A stretch of DNA of 64,000 nt from Mustelus asterias (taxonomy: Eukaryota): assembly GCF_964213995.1 (NCBI RefSeq), contig NW_027590818.1, positions 62,001 through 126,000 on the forward strand, given 5' to 3'. Positions within the stretch are counted from its first letter, which is position 1. Each line of letters begins with the position of its first letter. Position numbers and translations under genes: made by a program. Below the pieces are notes generated by a model. It made no database searches. It saw nothing but the letters and a program-made list of their open reading frames with translations, and was not told the DNA's origin. Positions 62,127 through 64,000 of this stretch are shown in pieces.

Positions 62127-62627
62127 GGTTTTTGTCGATCGCTCTCCCAGTGCGGTGTCCTGTGTGAGTAGTACCAGTGCTGAACGTTACAGTAATAGGT
62201 GGCACTGTCTTCAACTCTCACATCCCGAATTTCCAGTGAAAATGTCTTTTCTGCTTTATTCACCAACACAATAAATCTCCCCCCGCTGGAGACCCGCTCC
62301 CGCTCTGTCGGGGGCTGGGTTTTTCTGAAAACAATTACCATTTTCTAAATCATAAACTCATAGAAAACACAGGTGATGGTAAGAGACTGATACTCCTTCC
62401 TGGTCAACGCTGCCAGGCTCTGTGTCACTGACTGATTGAAAGATCCTGGAAATTAAACACAGAGTTTAATGGACCATCAGAGCCGAACCAAACAAAGGGG
62501 CTAAAATCCTAGACAGTGTCTGTAATTTAGATGGACTGGGGCATCTTTATATTCAATCCACGTAATGTGGGTGAGTTTGATCGGTACTCATCAGGGTAAA
62601 CAGGGTGAAAACAAGAAGGATTCCCAT
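62127..62627 (-). pseudogene. NAR-TCR V pseudogene (leader 62627-62592, V 62445-62155, 12-RSS 62154-62127)
   Basis: Leader donor reads ATGAGT; frameshift with TAG after CDR1; FR1 Cys is Tyr; YYCNVQHWYYSHRT; CGCACTG-12-ACAAAAACC. Confidence 0.9.
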
Positions 62628-62942
62628 CGTTCTGCTGACGGTTTATATGCCAGGGAGCTGAGACTACAGAGCTGGAGTGCTCTGGGACACTGGATCTCAG
62701 AGCTGCACTGAAATACTTCAGACCCGATCAATGGTAAATTAGGCCACGCCCACAGTTTAAAACGAAACTCAAGTATTTAAATGGGGAACTGAGCTGTGAA
62801 TTTTCCGTCGGAACTCCCGGCAGCGAGAATCCAGAATTTCAGCAGGTGACCGACAGTTGTGGGTGGCATGCTCTACTTGGTCTCGAATAGATTATTTATT
62901 GTTATTGACTCAGGGGATGTGGGCTTCGCTGGCGATGGCAGT

Positions 62943-64000
62943 AGAGTCATAGAGTCATAGAAGTTTACAGCATGGAAACAGGCCCTTCGGCCCAACTTGT
63001 CCATGCCGCCCTTTTTTTTAAACCCCTAAGATAATCCCAATTGCCCGCATTTGGCCCATATCCCTCCATAGCCTTCGCATCCATGTAGCTATCTAAAAGT
63101 TTTTTAAAAGACAAAATTATACCCGCCTCACTACTACCTCTGGCTGCTTGTTCCAGACGCTCACCGCCCTCTGTGTAAACAAAATGCCCCTCTGGACAGT
63201 TTTGTATCTCTCCCCTCTCACCTTAAACCTATGCTCTCTAGTTTTAGACTCTGCAACTCTGGGAATGAATATTGACTATCCAGCTGATCGATGTGCCTCA
63301 TTATTTTAAAGACCTCCATAAGGTCATCCCTCAGCCTCCTACGCTCCAGAGAAAAATGTACCAGTCTATCCAGCCTCTCCTTATAACTCAATCCATCAAG
63401 TCCCGGTAGCATCCTAGTAAATCTTTTCTGCACTCTTTCTAGTTTAATAATATCCTTTCTATAATAGGGTGACCAGAATTGCACACAGTATTCCAAGTGT
63501 GGCCTTCCCAATGTCCTGTACAACTTCAACAAGATGTCCCAACTCCTGTATTCAATGTTCTGACCGATGAAACCAAGCATGCCGAATGCCTTCTTCACCA
63601 CTCTGCCCACCTGTGACTCCACTTTGAACATGTACCCCGAGATCTCTTAGTTCTGTAACGCTTCCCAACGCCCTACCATTAACTGAGTAAGTTCTGCCTT
63701 GGTTCAATCTACCAAAACGCATCACTTCGCATTTGTCTAAGTTAGACTCCATCTGCCATTCGTCAGCCCACTGGCCCAATCAATATCCCGTTGCAATTGG
63801 AGATAACTTTCTTCACTGTCCACTATGCCACCAATCTTGGTGTCATCTGCAAACTTACTAACCATGCCTCCTATATCCTCATCCAAATCATTAATATAAA
63901 TGACAAATAACAGTGGACCCAGCAATGATCCCCGAGGCACACTGCTGGTCACAGGCATCCAGTTTGAAAAAACAGTCCTCTACAACCATCCTCTGGCTTG
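62943..64000 (-). mobile_element. CR1/HER1 LINE 3' fragment (runs off the right edge)
   Basis: SVPRGSLLGP, KFADDTK, PHLEYCVQFWSP; GAGTCATA tail. Confidence 0.9.

Overview
Vertebrate genomic DNA, almost certainly from a shark (cartilaginous fish), judged from HE1-type SINEs, CR1/HER1 LINEs with (CTATGATT)n tails, MEKPWKC-type C2H2 genes and NAR-TCR segments. 1-16.4 kb: a C2H2 zinc-finger cluster with a near-identical ~6-kb tandem duplication and a 35-bp minisatellite. 17.2-18.4 kb: an intron-containing EMC4 pseudogene. 19-48 kb: tRNA genes and pseudogenes (Val-CAC, Pro-AGG with a canonical-position intron, Arg-ACG) interleaved with TCR alpha/delta V segments carrying 23-RSSs, plus a complete but decayed Gypsy LTR element with a nested LINE. 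53-63 kb: two tail-to-tail NAR-TCR cassettes (leader, VNAR-like V, J, leaderless supporting Vdelta), one apparently intact and one pseudogenised. Two features stand out. First, each supporting V is followed by a 61-bp tandem array of 23-RSSs (5 + 6 copies, facing each other). Second, the NAR-type V has a long germline CDR3 extension and a 12-RSS facing a 23-RSS J with no D between them, as expected for a germline-joined V-D. All identifications are by eye; no searches were run.
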